Assembly (NCBI GenBank): GCA_028534125.1
Contig: CM052816.1
Location: 19,160,001-19,224,000, forward strand
DNA from: Lama glama
Lineage: Eukaryota
Length of the DNA: 64,000 nucleotides
Direction of reading: 5' to 3'
The notes beneath the pieces are model-generated. The model worked only from the letters and a program-made list of their open reading frames with translations. It did not search any database and was not told the origin of the DNA. A program made the translations under genes and the position numbers. Shown piece by piece: positions 25,356 to 39,353 of the stretch. Each line of letters begins with the position of its first letter. Position 1 is the first letter of the stretch.

Positions 25356-25479
25356 TTTATTTTTTTATTGAAGTATAGCCAGTTTACAATGTGTCAATTT
25401 CTGGTGTAGAGCATAATGTTTTCGTCATATGTGTGCATACATACATTCCTTTTCATATTCTTTTTCATTATGGGTTACT
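25356..25479 (-). mobile_element. Very short 5'-truncated young LINE-1 (3' tail only)
   Basis: Matches the L1 3' end at ~33030-33138 in reverse; perfect 14-bp TSD TGGAGCTCATTTTA at 25342-25355 and 25480-25493. Confidence 0.9.
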
Positions 25480-25654
25480 TGGAGCTCATTTTACGTCTCA
25501 TCACTACACCAGGCAAAGATGACTGGCACTCGCGCCATAAGGAATGTGTCGTTTAAGTGTTCCACGTCTAGGTGAGGAGCACATACTGAGCACTTCCTAG
25601 TCTTGCTTTTAATAAATTATATCTAATTCCTACACACATATTTTTTTGTCCACC

Positions 25655-25780
25655 CACCACTGGAATATAAGCTGCATGAAGACAGGAATTTTGGTCTGCT
25701 ATTTTTCATTACTATGTGCCTCATACCTAGAATAACACCTGGCATATGACAGATACTAAATAAGTAATTGTTAAATAAAT
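25655..25780 (+). mobile_element. L2 3' end
   Basis: GGAATATAAGCTGCATGAAGACAGGAATTTTGGTCTG...CCTAGAATAACACCTGGCATATGACAGATACTAAATAA. Confidence 0.8.
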
Positions 25781-28700
25781 TAGCCTTCAAGTCGTGGCAT
25801 TCATGTAACATTTTACGGATGTGGAAATTCAGCCTCAGAGGAACAAAGCAGCCCTTCCAATACCAAACAGCTAGTAAGCAGCAGAGACTGGACTTGTACT
25901 TGGTCTTTCTGGCTCTATCTCCCCAAGAAGACAGTAAGACCAATGCCAATTAATTTCTAATACCCTGACACAAAGAGAGCTCAAAGCAGCAGAGAGAGGC
26001 AACCAAACCTGCATGAATCTGCAAGGCACAAATGTATGTCTTGTGGTACACATAGAAAACTCAGGCTGACAGATAGAAAGATTTTGTAAGTCTCCATGAA
26101 CCATGCAGGTGTAAGGGCCCAAATGTGAGCTGCTGAATGAAGAAACCACAGGTTAAGGCCCCAGAGTAAAAACTGGCTTAACTCCAGTTCCAACTACAAC
26201 AGAGTAAGTCCACTATAGCCTCCAAATGACAACAGCTACAAACGCTGGACAGAAAGCAGCCACACGAGGATCCTGAAGCGTAAATGCCAGCAGATGGGCT
26301 GGGGAGGGAAGTCAAAATTTGAAGTATCATCAGTATGGTGGTAACGAGCTCTATGTTTTTGTCTTTTCTCCCTTTATCTCTTGGCTTTAACCCAAAGGTG
26401 AGTCAGATTGGGGGAACTGCAAAGTGGTTGCAGGAAACAGAAACTCTAAGAAATGACCTATTTTGGGCAATGTGGCCCCTAAATTAAGTCAGAGAGTGTG
26501 GAGCAATACACACTGTTTTTAATCTCTGTTTTTCCTCCCTGGCTCCACCCCAAGGCCAGCTTCAGTCTGAGAAGTGAAGGACCAACGGCAGCAACGCAGG
26601 CACCCAACTCCCTGCAGGAAGCCTGTCCCTTTGGGAAAGGAGGATCCTATTGTGCAAAGAGTGCTAGGTTTTCTTCTCTGTCCTATGATCACAATCAGTA
26701 TTTCCTGTGGGCCCAATCATGCAAAACTGCAAAGTGCCAGTGGCTAAAGCATCAAGAGAACCCCAACTCTCTAGCCAGAGGACCAGGCCAGGGAGCGCCT
26801 GGAAGCTGGAAAGTGTGGGAGAAATCCTATGGAGGAGAGAGCAGGAAAAGGAGATCCTTAGTCACGTGTAGAAACCAACAAAAGTCCCAAGCTCACTTCC
26901 CCATGCTGTGTGTCTGCAGAATATACTCAAATAGCAAAGAAAAGCCTCCCCACAGAGACAGAACTTGTCATCTGAACCTAACCAGGTTGGTGGCCTGCTC
27001 AAACAAAACAATCAACGTTTTCCAAAATATTTTAACAGGACCCAGAGTCTCAAAAATTACTATACAAAAGTCCTGAGTACAATGCAAAGTTATTCAGCCT
27101 ACCAAGAACCAGGACAAGCTGATCAATTCTCAAGGGAAAAGACAATCAACAGATGCCAGCCTCAAATTGAATCAGATGTTAGAATTATCAGTCTTTAAAG
27201 CAGCTAGGTAATCACTCTCTATGAAGTAAATACAAACACTATTGAAATGAATGAAAAAATAGACATGCTTAGCAAAGAAATAGAAATTACGAGAAAGAAC
27301 AAAATGTAAATTTTGAAACCGATAAATACAACATATAAAATTTTAAAACTACTGGATAGGTTCAATAGTACAATGGAGATGACAGAAAAAATAGGATCAA
27401 TAAATATAGATCAATAAAGATTATCCAAACTGAAAAGCAGATGAAAATCACTGAGGAAAAATAAACAGAGCTTTAGGGATCTGTGTGCCAATTTTGAAAG
27501 GTCTAACATTCATGTCACTGAGGTCCCTGAGAGAGAAGGGAAAGGTTAGCACAGAAAAAAAACTTAAGAAGAAAATGTCAAACTTAGCAAATTTGGTGAA
27601 AAACATAAATTTACAGAATAAAAAAGTCAAACATTTAAAACAGAATAAATGAAGGGGGAAAAAGCCCAGACACATTAAAAATCAAACTGCTAAACACTAA
27701 AGATAAAGAAAAAAGTCTTGAAAGCAGCCAAAGAAAACAATACATTATATATATAAGATCAGCTATTTGAAATACTATTGACTTCATATCAGAAGCCATG
27801 GAGGTCAGAAGATAATGAAACACCACCACTAAAGTGCTGAAAGAAATGTCAACCCAGAATTCTGTATCAAATGAAAACAGTCTTCAGAAATAAAAGGAAA
27901 ACAATGACATTCTCAAGTGAAGGAATCAAAGAGAATTTGTCACTAGAAGAACTGCTCTAAAATACATGCTAAAGGAAGCATTCCAAGCTAAAGGAAAATG
28001 ATCCCAGTCTTCAGGAATGAAGAAATAAAAATACAAAAGGCTATATTTTTTCCTTTATGGTTTTCAAAAGTACACATGACTGTTGAAAGAAAAAAATGGT
28101 AATTTATAGAACCTTGAGAGAAGGGTTCAATTTATGTTTCTATAATACTTATGACAATGATAACATAAAGGAGGGAAGCTAACAGTACCTTTATGGTGGT
28201 AAGTCTTCTATATTTTACTTGAAAATGTAAAATATTAACTCTAAGTAGACTGAAAAGTTAGGTTTGTATTGCACCATCTCTGGAGCAACATAAAAAATTA
28301 TATATATATGTATATATACACAGATATACAGATATAGATACAGATAAGAGATACTATATGTGAAGATATAATCATAAAGCCAACAGATAAATAAAAATGA
28401 AATACTAAAGAATATTCAGTTAATCCAAAAGAAGGCATGAAATGACATATAGAGGAATCAAACAGAAAAAGGAGACAGTCGACAACCTAAATGTAAATAT
28501 TAATAACTACATTAAAAGAAATGGTCTAAATACATCAATTAAAAGACAGAGATCATCAGATTGAATTTTTTAAAACAGCTCCAACTATATCCTGTATTCA
28601 AAAACCTACTTTAAACATAAAAGACATGTAAAAGTTAAAGGAAAAAGGATGATAAAAAATGTACCACTTAAACACTAATCAAAAAGAAAGCTGCAGTAGT

Positions 28701-29030
28701 TATATTGATATCATACAAAGTGGACTCTAGAATAAGAAAAATTACTACAGATAAAAAGAGATGTTACTTAATGTTAAAAGGCCCATTCCATCAGGAAAAC
28801 ATAGTAATCCTAACTGAAAGAGCTACAAAATATATGAGACAAGAGAGAAAAATTGAAAGAAGCAAAAGATAATTTTATAATTACAATTGGAGAAATTAAC
28901 ACTCTTCTTTTAGTACTTGATAGAACATGTAGGCAAAAAATTAAGCAGGGATATAGAGGACTGGAACAGTGCCATGAAAAAACTTGACATATTTTACATT
29001 TATAAAATGCCACTCAAAAACAATAGAATA

Positions 29031-32000
29031 AAGGGCAAAAACCACATGATCATCTCAACAGACGCAGAAAATCATTTGATAAAATTCAACATCCATTCAT
29101 GATAAAAACTCTTACCAAAGTGAGTACAGAGGGAACATATCTCAACATAATAAAAGCTATTTATGACAGACCCACAGCCAACATAATACTTGACAGAAAA
29201 GGTGAAAGCTTTCCCACTAAAATCTGGAATAAGACAAAGATGCCCACTTTCACCACTTCTTTTCAACATAGTATTGGCAGTCCTAGCCACAGCAATCAGA
29301 CAAGAAAAAGAAATCAAAGGGACTCAAGTCAGAACAGAAAAGGTAAAACTGTCACTATATGCAGATAACATGATACTATATATAGAAAATCCTAAAGATG
29401 CCACACAAAACCTACTAGAGCTGATAAATAAATTTGGCAAGGTAGCAGGTTACAAGACTAACATACAGAAATCTGTTGCATTTCTATAGACATAAACTAT
29501 CAGAAAAGGAAAGTAAAAAAAAAATCCCTTTTAAAATCACGTCCAAAAAATTAAATACTCAGGAGTAAACTTGACCAAGGAGGTGAAAAACTTGCATGCT
29601 GAGAACTCTAAAACATTGAAAAGGAAATTAAAAATTTTTAAAGAAATGGAAATATACCCCATGCTTTTGGATTAGAAGAATTAATATTGTTAAAATGGCC
29701 ATACTACCCAAAGCAATCTACAGATTTCATGTGATCCCTATCAAATTACTCGGAACTTTTTTCACAGAACCAGAACAAATAATCCTAAAATTTATACAGA
29801 ATCACAAAAGACCCACAATTGCCAAAGCAATACTGAAGAAAAAGAATGAAGCTTGAGGCATAAGCCAGACATCAGGCAATACCACAAAGCTACCATAATT
29901 AAAACAGCATGGTACTGGCACAAAAACAGACATATGGATCAATGAAACAGAACAGAGAGCCCATAAATAAACCCACACATCTACAGTCAATTCATCTTCA
30001 ACAAAGGAGGCAAGAATACACAGTGGAGAAAAGACAGTCTCTTTGGCAAGTGGTGTTGGGAAAGCTGGACAGCTGCATGTAAATTCATGAAGTTAGAACA
30101 CTCACATTATACATAAAAATAAACTCAAAATGCTTAAAGACTTAAACATAAGACAGGACACCATAAATCTCTTAGAAGAAAACATAGGCAAAACATTCTC
30201 TGACATAATCATAGCAATGTTTTCCTAGGTCAGTCTACCAAAGCAGTAGAAATAAAAACAAAAACAAACAAACTGGATGTAACTAAACTTATAAGCTTTT
30301 GCAGAGCAAAGGAAACCATAAACAAAATGAAAAGACAACCTACATGGTGGGAGAAAATATTAGCAAATGATGTGACTGACAAGGGCTTAAATTCCAGAAT
30401 ATATAAATAGCTCATACAACTCAATAACAAAAAAACCCAACAACCCAATCCAAAAATGGGCAGCGGACCTAAACAGACATTTCTCCAAAGAAAACATACA
30501 GATGGCCAACAGGCACATGAAAAAAGCTTAATATCGCTAATTACCAGAGAAATGCAAATCAGAGAAATGCAAACCAGAGATACCTACGATGAGGTATCAC
30601 TTCACACCAGTCAGAATGGCCATTATTAAAAAGTCCATAAATGGAAAAATCAATATTGTTAAAATGGTCACATTGCCCAAGGCAATTTTCAGATTTAATG
30701 CAATCACTATCAAATTACCCATGACATATTTTACAGAACTAGAACAAATCATAATAAAATTTATATGGAACCACAAATAGACCTAGAATTGTCAAAGCAT
30801 TACTGAAGAAAAAGAAAGAGCCTGGAGGAATAACTCTCCCAGACTTCAGACAGTACTACAGACCTACAGTAATCAAGACAGCATGCTATTGGTACAAAAA
30901 CAGACATACGGACTAATGGAACAGAAAAGAGAACCCAGAAATGAACCCACAAACTTTTAGTTAACTAATCACCAACAAAGGAGGCAAGAATATACAATGA
31001 AATAAAGACAATCTCTTCAACAAATGGTGTTGGGAAAACTGGACAGCAGCATGCAAATCAACGAAGCTAGAACACTCCCTTACACCATACACAAAAATAA
31101 ACTCAAAATGGCTTAAAGACTTAAACATAAGACAAGATACAATAAACCTCCAAGAAGAAAACATAGGCAAAACATTCTCTGACATAAATCTTAGCAATGT
31201 TCTCCTTGGGCAAGCTACCCAAGCAATGGAAGTAAGAGCAAAAATTAACAAATGGGACCTAATTAAACTTATAAGCTTTGGAACAGCAAAGAAAACCATA
31301 AGTAAAACAAAACAACAACGTATGGAATGGGAGAAAATATTTGCAAATGATGGGACTGACAAAGCTTTAATTTCCAGAATATACAAATAGCTCATACAAC
31401 TTAATAACAAAAAACAAACAACCCAATCCAAAAATGGGCAGAAGACCTAAACAAGCAATTCTCCAAGGAAGAAATACAAATGATCAATAGGCACATGAAA
31501 AAATGCTCAATATCACTAATTATCAGAGAAATGTAAATCAAAACTACGATGTGGTATCACCTCACACCAGTCAGAATGGCCATCATTCAAAAGTCTACAA
31601 ATAACAAATGCTGGAGAGGCTGTGGAGAAAAGGGAACCCTCCTATACTGGTGGGAATGCAGTTTGGTGCAGCCACTGTGGAAAACAGTGTGGAGATTCCT
31701 CAGAAGACTAGGAATAGACTTAACATATGACCCTGGAATCCCACTCCTGGGCATATATCCAGAAGGAACCTACTTCAAAATGACACCTGCATCCCAATGT
31801 TCACAGCAGCACTATCTACAATAGCCAAGACATGGAAACAGCCTAAATGTCCAACAACAGATGACTGGATAAAGAAGAAGTGGTGTATTTATACAATGGA
31901 ATACTATTCAGCCATAAAAATGACAACATAATGCCATTTGCAGCAACATGGATGTCCCAGGAGAATGTCATTCTAAGTGAAGTAAGCCAGAAAGGGAAAG

Positions 32001-33138
32001 AAAAATACCATATGAGATCGCTTATATGTGGAATCTAAAAAAAAAAAAAAAAGGAACATAAATACAAAACAGAAACAGACTCATAGACATAGAATACAAA
32101 CTTGTGGTTGCCAAGGGGGCGTGGGGTGGGAAGGGACAGACTGGGATTTCAAAATTTGTAGATACTGACAGGCATATGCAGAATGGATTAACAAGATTAT
32201 ACTGTATAGCACAGGAAAATATATACAAGATCTTTGGTAACTCACAGTGAAAAAAAGTGTGACAATGAATATATATATGTTCATGTATAACTGAAAAATT
32301 GTGCTCTCCACTGGAATTTGGCACAACATTGTAAAATGACTATAACTCAATAAAAACAAATTAAAATAAATAAATAAACAAACAAACCAAAAAGTCCATA
32401 AATGATAAATACTGGAGAGGGCTGGAGAAAGGGAACCCTTCTACACTGTTGGTGGGAACGTAATTTGGTGCAGCTACTATGGAGAATAGTATGGAGATTC
32501 CTTAAAAACCTAAAAATAGTTGCCATATGACCCAGCAATCCCACTCCTGGGCATATATATGGAGAAAACTCCATTCAAAAAGATACATGCACCTCAATGT
32601 TCATAACAGCCCTATTTACAACAGCCAAGACATGGAAACAACCTAAATGTCCTTCAACAGGTGACTAGATAAAGAAGATGTGGTATATATACACAATGGA
32701 ATACTACTCAGCCATAAAAAGAACGAAACAATGCCATCTGCAGCAACATGGATGAACCTGGAGTTCATCATACCAAGTGAAGTAAGCCAGAAAAAGAAAG
32801 AAAAATACCATATGGTATCCCTTATATATGGAATCTAAAAAAAAAAAGCATACTTATTTACAAAACAGAAATAAACTCAGACATAGAAAACAAACTTATG
32901 TTTACCAAATGGGAAATGAGGGGAGGGATAAATCAGTGGTTTTGGATTAGAAGATACAAACTATTATATACAGAATAAACATGGTCCTATTGTATAGCAC
33001 AGGGAACTATATTCAATATCTTGTCATAACCTATAATGAAAAAGAATATGAAAATGAATATATATATGTGTATAACAATCACTATGCTGTATACCAGAAA
33101 CTGACACAACATTGTAAATCAACCACACTTCAATTAAG
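29031..33138 (+). mobile_element. 5'-truncated LINE-1 (RT domain to 3'UTR), itself interrupted by a younger L1
   Basis: RT motifs in ORF 29190-29489 ([41 protein letters not shown]); TSD AAAACAA(T/C)AGAATA at 29017-29030 and 33139-33152. Confidence 0.92.
30644..32388 (+). mobile_element. Young 5'-truncated LINE-1 (ORF2 C-terminus and 3'UTR)
   Basis: ORF 31549-31824 has the Cys-rich domain [32 protein letters not shown]-rich tail; perfect 16-bp TSD AAAAAGTCCATAAATG at 30628-30643 and 32389-32404. Confidence 0.95.
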
Positions 33139-34941
33139 AAAACAACAGAATAAAAATTATTTTCAAGTACACATGGACCATTCACCAAGAGGGACCATAT
33201 TATGGGACACAGAGTAAGCTTTATCATGTTTTTAAAAATTGAAATCATATAAATTTGTTTTCTATTAAAAAGTTGAACTAAAAATCAGTAACAGAAAGAT
33301 CTGGAAAATCCCCAAATATCTGGAAATGAAGCAAATAAGGTTAAAGAGGAAGTTTTAAGAAAAATTAAAAAATGATTTGAACTGAATAAATTCGTAAGTA
33401 ATAAATAAAAATGATAAAACTATTTTAAGAATTTGTGGATACAACTAAAACAGTGCTTAGAGCAAAATTTAAATCATTAGATTCTTACATTAGAAAACAA
33501 GAAAGTTCTCAAATCAGTCATCTTAACTTCTATTTTAAAAGACCAGAAAAAAAAGAAAGAAATACAATATAAGGAGAAGGAAGGAAATAGTAAAACCCAA
33601 AGTTAGACAAACTAGGAGAAGTGAACCAATTCTTTGAAAGATACTTATCCAAGAAAAAGTAGATAATCTGAGTAGTCCTTTGTCTATTACAGAAATTGAA
33701 TTCATGGTTAAAAATTTTTGAGCAAATAAAACTCCACGTCCAAATGGGTTCTCTGATCACTTTTACCAAACATTTAAGGAGGAATAGTACCAATTCAACA
33801 CAATCTCAAACAGAAAATAGAAAAGAATGGAATATTTTTCAATTTATTTTATGAGACCAGCATACCTCTAATGCCCAAACCAGAGAAATACATTACAAGG
33901 AAAGAAATTACAAAACAATACCCCTGATGAACCCAGACACAAAAATTCTCAAAAAATTCTAGCAACACATAAAACGAGTAATGTATCACAACCAAGGAGG
34001 TTTATCCCTGGAATGCAAGGCTGGATCAACATCTGAAACTCAACCAACATAATGCACTACACTAAAGCATGCCATAATCTCAATACATACGAAAAAAGCA
34101 CTTGGTGGAATTCAAAATCCATTCATGATTAAAAACTCTCAACAAACGAGTAATAGCAGCAAACCTCCTTAACCAAATAAAACATATCTACAAGAACTTA
34201 GCATTAATAACATACTTAAAAGCGAAAGACAATGCTTTCCTCTTAAGATCGTGGAACAAAGTAAATAGATCCTTCTTACCACCTCTATTCAATATCATAT
34301 AGGAACTCCTAGCTAGTGCAATAAGTCAAGAAAAAGAGATAAAAGGCATGCAGTTTGGAAAGTAAGAAGTAAAACCATTACTATTAGCATGATTGGCTAC
34401 ATAGAAAAATTTTCTAAACTTTTAAAAGGCTTCTACCACTAAGTAAATCTGACATGGTTGTAAGATACAAGGTCAATATACAAAAATCAATTGTATTCCT
34501 CTATATTAGCAATGAACCACTGGAATTTAACATTAAAGTATTACTATTTACAATAGTACCAAAAAATGAAACACTTAGGAAAAAATCTAACAAAATATGT
34601 ACAGGATCTGTACAAGACAACTATAAATCACTGATTTAAGAAATCAGACACCTAAATAAATGGAGAAATATACCATGTTTATGAGTTGGAAGACTCAATA
34701 TTATTCAAATATTAATTCTCCCCAAAACATTCTAGCCAAAAAGCATGATTCATAGAAGAAAAACTGACAAACTGGATGCTTTTGAAGTTAAAAAGTTTTG
34801 CTCTATGAAATACATTGTTAAGATGATGAAAAAACAAGCCATAGAATGGGAGAAAATACTCACAAACTATATATTTAATAAAAGACTTGTTTCTAGAGTA
34901 TATAAAATACCCTCAAAACTCAATAAGAAAACAAACAACCT

Positions 34942-35441
34942 TTTCAAATTAAGTGTTTTCATTTTTTTCCCAGATGTATACTCAGGAGTAGAAATGCTGG
35001 ATCATTGGTAGTTCAATTTTTAGTTTTTTGAGGAACCTCCATACTGTTCTCCATAGTGGCTACACCAATTTACATTCCCACCAACAGTGTAAAGGGTTCT
35101 CTTTTCTTTACATTCTCTACAATATTATTTGCAGACTTTTGATGATAGCTATTCTGACAGGTGTGAGGTGATATCTCACTGTTGTTCTGATTTGCATTTC
35201 TCTAATAATTAGCAATGTTGAGTTTCATTTCATGTGTTTGTTAGCCATCTGTATGTCTTCTTTGGAAAAATATATTCAGGTCTTATGCCTATTTTTTATT
35301 GGGTTGCTTGCTTTTTTGATAGAGTTGTATGGGCTGTTTCACTGCAGCACTATTTATAATACTCAAGATATGGAAGAAACCCAAATGCCCATCAACAGAT
35401 GAATGGATAAAGAAGCCATGTGTTGTATGTGTACATATGTA

Positions 35442-35479
<38 letters not shown>

Positions 35480-35910
35480 AATATTATTCAGCCATAAAAA
35501 GAATGAAATTCTGCCATTTGCAGCAATGTGAATGGAACTAGAGAATATTATGCTTAGTAAAATAAGTCAGAGAAAGACAAATAGTGTATGATACCACTTA
35601 TATGAGGAATCTAAAAAAATAATACAAATGAATGCATATGCAAAACAGAAACAGACTCATAGATACAGAAAACAAACTACTAGTTACCAAAGGGGAAAGG
35701 CAAAGGGGAGGAGCAAATTAGGGGTATGAGATTAAAAGACACAAACTACTATGTATAAAACAGATAAGCAACAAGGGTATATTGTATAGCACAGTGAATT
35801 ATAACCATTTTATTGTAGTAACTTCCAATGGAGCATAATCTGTAAAAACACTGAATCACTATGCTGTACACCTGAAACAAATATATTGTAAATCAACTAC
35901 ACTTAAAAGA
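34942..35910 (+). mobile_element. 5'-inverted (twin-primed) LINE-1: minus segment 34942-~35335 plus sense segment ~35335-35910
   Basis: Perfect 17-bp TSD AAGAAAACAAACAACCT at 34925-34941 and 35911-35927; orientation switches at GGGCTGTTTCACTGCAGC. Confidence 0.9.
35445..35477. repeat. (AC)16 microsatellite
   Basis: Perfect AC run inside an L1 3'UTR. Confidence 0.95.
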
Positions 35911-37109
35911 AAGAAAACAAACAACCTAACTGAACAAAAACTGGGCAAAAAATCTAAGCACTCATTACCAAAAATATACAGAGGGCAAGCAAGCATATGA
36001 AAAGACACTCCATGTCACTAGTCACTAGCCAAATATAAATTAAAACCATAATGAGATCATTGCATTCTCATTAGAATGTCTACTTTTTTTTTAAATGACA
36101 ATACCAACTGCTTGCAAGGGTGCAAAACAACTGGAACTCATAAACCTTGGTGGTGGAAATACAAAATAAAAAAGCCATTGCTGTAAACAATTTGTGAGTT
36201 TTTTTTATAAAGGTAAACATAAGACTACTGTAAGACCAAACAATCCCAGTCTTACGTTTTTATCTCTTGGGTAAAAAACCTAAGTTCACAGAAAAACTTG
36301 TATGTTGATATAACTTCTTTATTCATAATCATCAAGAACTGAGGACAACCCAGATTCTTTTTAAACAGAGAATGTAAAAACACTCATGCCAATGTTCAAC
36401 CATACAATGGAATACTGCTCAGCAATAAAAAGGAACTAATCACTGATTCATGCAACATGGATGGATCGTAAATGTGTTCGCCTAGATGGAAGAAGTCAGA
36501 CCTAAAAAGCAATATATTGTAGGCTTCCATTTTTATAAACTTTGAAAAAGGCAAACAAACTAAAAATCAGTGTTTGCCAGGGACAGAGGGCAGAAATACC
36601 CTCTGAAATGCCCAGAATTGAAAGATTCATAGAGACAGAAAATAGATTAGTAGTTGCCAGGAGCTTGGAAAAGAAATAAATGGGTAGTAACTGCAAATGG
36701 GTACAGGGTTTCTTTGGGAGGTGATGGATATGTTCTGGAATTAGATAGTAGTGATGGCTGCACACCTTGTAAATATACTAAGAACCACTGAATTGTATAT
36801 TAACTTTAAAATGATGAACTTTGTGGTATGTGAATTATTTCTCAATAATAAAAAGGAAACCACAAACCAATATCTCTCATAAAGTCAGATACAAAAATTC
36901 TTAAGAAAATATTAGCAAATTGAATCCAGCAATATATAACAAATAATACATTATTACCATGTGGGGCTTCATTGAAAATCAATGTAATTCATCACATTAA
37001 CAGAATAAAGGATAAAAACCATATAATCATCTCAATTGGTACCAAAAAAGCACTTGACAATTTTCAGCTCTAATTCAAGATGAAAATTCTTAGTAAGCCA
37101 AGAATGAAA

Positions 37110-37640
37110 GGGAAAACAAACATTTATCATCTCATAGTTTCTGGGGTCAGGAATCTGGGTGTGGCTTAAATGACTGCCTATGATTCAAGGTCTCTCATAA
37201 GGTTGTGGTCAGGCTGTCAGCTGGGGCTCAGTCTCCTCTGAAGATGCAACTGGCAGAGACTACACTTCCAAGGTCACTCACATGGCTGTTGGCAGGATTC
37301 AGTTTCTCGTGGGCTATTAAACGAAAAACCTCAGTTCTTCAGTTAACTGCTGGATGGAAACCTCCCTCAGTCTTTTCCCATATGGAACTCACCATAGGGC
37401 AGCTCACAGCAAGGCACCTGGCTTCCTCCAGGGCAAGCTAGCAAAAGACAGTGAACCCTGAGATGGAAGCCACAGTCTTTTTATGACCTAAACTTCACAG
37501 TTAGATTCCATCACTCCTGCTATATTCTATTAGAAGCAAGACAATAAGCCCAGTCCACACTCAAGGGAAACAGATTACACAAGGTGTGAATGAAAGGAGG
37601 TGAGAAACTTTGGGCAACATCTAAGAGACTGCCTACTACA
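37110..37640 (-). mobile_element. MLT1E/F-like LTR
   Basis: CATTTATCATCTCATAGTTTCTGGGGTCAGGAATCTGGG...CAAGGTCACTCACATGGCTGTTGGCAGG...GACTGCCTACTACA terminus. Confidence 0.8.
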
Positions 37641-38414
37641 AAGAGTACTTCTGAAAAAATGATAGCTAACAGTATTAATTTTTTATTTAATGGTGAAACA
37701 CTGGAAGGTTTCTTCCCTAAGATAGAGAACAAGGATATGCACTCTCACTAATTCCACTCAACACTATAGTGGAGATCTTTTCAGTGCAATAAAGCTAAAT
37801 AAATAAGTAAACAAATAAATAGGGCATAAAGATCAACTAGAAAAAAGTGAAACTGTCTCTGATGATATGATTGTTTATATGGCAAACTGTAAAACATATA
37901 CCACCCAAAACTCACTACTAAAACTAATAGGGAGATTTTGCAAGGTCACAGTGTAAAAGTCACACTGCAAAAATCAATCGCATTGCTATATTCTGGTACC
38001 AAACAATTTTAAATGGTATCTAAAACGTAATACTACTTAAATAGCATCATAAAGCACAAAATACTTAGGAATAAATTCAATTTTAAAATGTCTTAGATCT
38101 CTACACTGACAACTACAAAATAGGAGAGAAATTTTAAAAATCTTAAATAAATGGAGAGCTACACCAGGTTAATGAATTAGACGACTCAGTACAGTTAAGG
38201 TGTCAATTCTCTTCAAATTGTTCTATAGATTCAACACCACCCCTACCAAAATCCCAGAAAACTCTTTTGTTGATATCGGCAAGCTGATTCTAAAGTTATT
38301 TGGAAATTCAAAGGAGCTAGAATAGCCAAAATGATGTTGACAAAGGACAAATTTGGAGGACTCACATCATCTGATACTAAGAACCACCATAAAGCTATGA
38401 TAATTAAGTCAGTA

Positions 38415-39345
38415 TCACTAATCATCAGGGAAATTTAAATCAAAACCATAGTGAGATATCATTACACACCTGTTAGAATGGCTATTATCAGAAAGACAAG
38501 AAATAGTGTTGATGAGGATGAGGGAAAAAGGGAACCCTTGTGCACTGTTGGTGGGAATGTAAACTGGTGCATCCACCATGGAAAACAATATGAATGTTCC
38601 TCAAAAAATTAAAAGTAGAACTACCATGTGCTCTAACAATTCTACTTCTGAGTGTTCATCTGAAGAAAATAAAAACAACAGCACAAAAATATATATGCCC
38701 CCTTATGTTCATTGCAGCATTATTTACAATAGCCAACACAGAAACAACCTAAACGCCCATCAGGAGATGGATAAACAAAATGTGATATAGATGTTTGTGT
38801 ATGTGTGTACACACACACACGCACACACACACATACACACCAGAAAATTATTCACCCATTAAAAAAGAAGGAAATTTTGTCATTTGTAACAAAGTCCACG
38901 GATGAAACTTGAGGACATTTTGCTAAGTGAAATAAGTCAGACAGAGAAAGACAAACACCATATGATCACACTTGTATATAAACCTAAAAATCAAACAAAA
39001 CCCAAGCTCATGGACATAGAGAACAAATTGGTGGTTGCCTGAGGTGGGGTTGGGGGGGTGAACTGAGTGAAGGGGGTCAAAACGTACACATTTTCAGTTA
39101 TAAGATGAGTAAGTCACAGGTATGTACGTACAGCATGGTAACTATAGTTAATAATATTGTACTGCATATTTGAAAGTAGCTAGGAGAATGGATCTTGAAA
39201 GCTCTCATCACAAGAAAAACATCTGTAAATATGTATAGTGATGATGTTAACTGGATTTATTGTGGTAATCCTTTTGCAACAGATACAAATAACAGATCAT
39301 TATGTTGTATATCTGAAACTAATATATCATTTATACCTCAGTTAA
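38415..39345 (+). mobile_element. 5'-truncated L1 3' end (L1MA-like)
   Basis: CACTAATCATCAGGGAAATTTAAATCAAAACC...CAGCATGGTAACTATAGTTAATAATATTGTACTG...TATACCTCAG; host ORF2 text resumes at ~39540. Confidence 0.8.
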
Positions 39346-39353
39346 AAATTTTA

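Larger units (their letters stand above)
26160..36850 (+). mobile_element. Old L1M element (5' region, decayed ORF1 ~27150-28010, ORF2 from ~28480, 3'UTR to ~36850), host of three younger L1 insertions
   Basis: ORF1 motifs (KDKEKSLESSQRK, TIDFISEAME); endonuclease start (ATAACTACATTAAAAGAAATGGTCTAAAT); ORF2 text resumes at 33155 and 35928 after the TSD-bounded inserts. Confidence 0.8.

Noticed and set aside
26498..27076. 192-aa ORF as a gene
   Set aside because: Lies in the 5' region of an old L1M, has a non-ATG start and no recognisable domain.
29680..31590. Tandem segmental duplication of ~0.95 kb
   Set aside because: Explained by a nested L1 with its own 16-bp TSD and 3' tail.
29099..31824. 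Functional reverse-transcriptase CDS
   Set aside because: Only short L1 ORF2 fragments broken by stops and frameshifts; the catalytic FADD motif reads YADN.
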